Below, piece after piece: positions 62,033-64,000 of a stretch of 64,000 nt of DNA. The DNA lies in assembly GCA_037447605.1 (NCBI GenBank), contig CM074804.1, positions 3,573,909 to 3,637,908 on the forward strand, in the 5' to 3' direction. Position 1 is the stretch's first letter. Every line of letters starts with the position of its first letter. Under the pieces are notes generated by a model, which was given only the letters and a program-made list of their open reading frames with translations, made no database searches and was not told the origin of the DNA. Position numbers and translations under genes: made by a program. This DNA comes from Zygnema circumcarinatum SAG 698-1b. Its lineage: Eukaryota > Plantae > Zygnematophyceae.

Positions 62033-64000
62033 ATGGCGGCCGTGGCCTCATCGGTGGCAACTGTCTCCTCTGCGCCGGTTGCGTCGCGCAATCTCCGCCG
62101 GTCTGTGGACCGCACTGTGAGGAAGGTGGCTCTGGCCGCAGAGAAGCATGGGAAGCAGATGAAGTCGCAGATGCTGGGCCGCGAGCTGGCTCTGAGAGTC
62201 TCCTTGGAGCTCTCTGCCGCGCAGGAAAGGAACAGCTCTGCCCGCGCTGCCGCAGAAGACTGTGCGCGCGTTCTGGCGAGCGCCCTCCCTGCAGCCGCCT
62301 TGGCTTCCCTCGTTGTGAGCCTCACTGCAGAGCCCGCTGTGGCTGTGGACTTTCCCCCTCCTCAGGCCTCCTCGCCCGTGGAGCAGCTGCAGGCTGCCAC
62401 GGAGTTCCCAGCGAAGGCCTTTGGGTCCTCTTCCCTTACTGCTCCCCCTGTGGAGGCGAAGAAGGTGGACTTACCAGAAGGCAACCAGTGGCGATACAGT
62501 GAATTTATTAATGCAGTGAAGACAGGAAAGGTGGAGCGCGTGAGGTTCAGCAAGGACGGCTCATCCCTGCAGGTAAGAATACTGGAAGTCTTTTGAGTCG
62601 TCACAGACGGCGTGAGTCTGGCGTGAGGTGCTCACTTGCCCAGCAATGTGAGCACGTTACTTTGCTGCCATAGTTGGACGTCTTCAAGCATTTTCTTCAA
62701 GCCAAAGTCGCCTTTACATTTGCAGAGGTTGCCTATTTGCTCGTGCAATTTCGGCCGCGTTAGTTCCAGTGATTGAAGGAATTTGTTCGTTTGGATAATT
62801 GCGGTGAACAATATGGGATATGGAAGCTTGACTTACCATCTCAGCTCTGCAGTGCATGTTTGGGGGAAAGCATAGTTTTTGCTTCATGACTTAAGAATAT
62901 AACATGTTGTCCATTTTTATGGAGATTTAATTTCTTTGGTTGTTTTCAATTTTTTTTTTTGCAATTCATGATTTCGAGTGCAATGGGTAGCGCGCAGATA
63001 CTTTTGACATACATTATGTACCATTCTAACTTTTTGTCTGTGTGCTCCTTACCTCTGGTGTAGTTGACGGCAATTGATGGGAGGAGGGCAAACGTGACTC
63101 TTCCCAATGACCCGGAGCTGGTGGATATCTTGGCTTCGAATGGAGTGGATATTTCCGTCTCCGAGGGAGATTCTACAAACAATTACATCAACCTGCTCGG
63201 CAATCTTCTGTTTCCCCTGCTGGCATTCGGTGGCCTGTTCTTCCTCTTCAGGTCAGTTTCTCGTCGTGCACGGAAGAGTGAAGGTCTCAATTTGCACACA
63301 AGCATTGTTGTATGCTACTGCTTGACAATGTACATATTTTTCCTCTTAACGCTAGTTGTTCTTGCATCCTTCCCAACTTCATTTGTGCATTTAGCCTCTC
63401 AGCAGACAGTTGGCAGCACTACAGCAGATTATTTTTCATTCCTGCTCACAAATCTGCACACATGATGCGCTTTTGGTCGTTGCAGGCGCGCCCAGGGTGG
63501 CCCTGGAGGAGGCCCAGGAGGCATGGGAGGCCCCATGGATTTCGGACGCAGCAAGTCCAAGTTTCAGGAGGTGCCCGAGACGGGTGTGAGCTTCCAGGAT
63601 GTCGCTGGTGCCGACCAAGCAAAGCTGGAGCTGCAGGAAGTGGTCGACTTCTTGAAGAATCCTGGTCAGTGTTTCTGTTTGTGATTGTTGAACAGTGCGA
63701 AATCTTGAAACTTTTATTGAATCATCGACGCCAGTCTCGCTGTTGGTGTATTGGCAAGCTTGTTTTCCTCAAACGTCTTTTTTTATTGTGGGCTTTGGGT
63801 GGGGCGCTCGAAGGTAGCCATGTTCCTAAGTGTTTTTTTGGGGTATTTCTGGGAAAATTTGGAAATGTATACCGGATTGTGCCCTTCAAAGCGGCAATCA
63901 GTTTCAGATTTGATGCAGCATTATGGCGAGTCTACCTTTTTCTCACGGTTTCCTCTTCTTTGATTGCAGATAAGTATACGCAGCTTGGCGCTAAAATTCC
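62033..64000 (+). CDS. FTSH1: Chloroplast thylakoid FtsH protease, type A (FtsH1/FtsH5), 5' part
   Basis: Exons 62033-62572, 63064-63251, 63486-63664, 63970-beyond window. [98 protein letters not shown]. Confidence 0.96.

Noticed and set aside
1-64000. tRNA, rRNA, snRNA or CRISPR features
   Set aside because: No cloverleaf/T-loop signature, rRNA motif or regularly spaced repeat array recognised by eye; tRNAscan-SE or Infernal would be needed to exclude small ncRNAs.

Overview
Gene-dense, intron-rich eukaryotic nuclear DNA from a green plant, most likely a streptophyte (charophyte-grade) alga. This is inferred from VAL/B3, SFR2, GT106 O-fucosyltransferase, Tab2 and FtsH1/5 homologs, U12-type introns and mostly short introns; the species cannot be named. 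I reconstructed about 15 spliced genes by hand from GT/GC-AG junctions: cyclin L (-, runs off the window start), an intronless GPR107-like 7TM protein (+), a SAMC-like mitochondrial carrier (-), SFR2 (+), Tab2/ATAB2 (-), a 79-aa three-exon microprotein absent from the ORF track (+), VAL/HSI2-like (-), an orphan secreted helical protein (+), POP1 (-), TMEM53/DUF829 (+), O-fucosyltransferase (+), calmodulin-lysine methyltransferase (-), a ~997-aa integrase-derived gene (-), a CCoAOMT-like O-methyltransferase (-) and FtsH1/5 (+, runs off the window end). A nest of small non-autonomous DNA transposons lies at 27.2-29.3 kb. The top finding is a seven-exon gene (51131-56168, -) that joins what look like separate ORFs into one protein: NOL4-like N-terminus, intact H2C2 zinc finger, KRBA2/Ginger-type integrase core lacking its DDE residues, and a C-terminal SAM domain, i.e. 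a candidate domesticated integrase. Second is the microprotein (20722-21479), which has the pattern of the KEOPS subunit Gon7. Also notable are two U12-type introns, several GC-AG introns and GTAC-core clusters in promoters. All homology calls rest on motifs recalled from memory, not database searches; exon boundaries are manual predictions.
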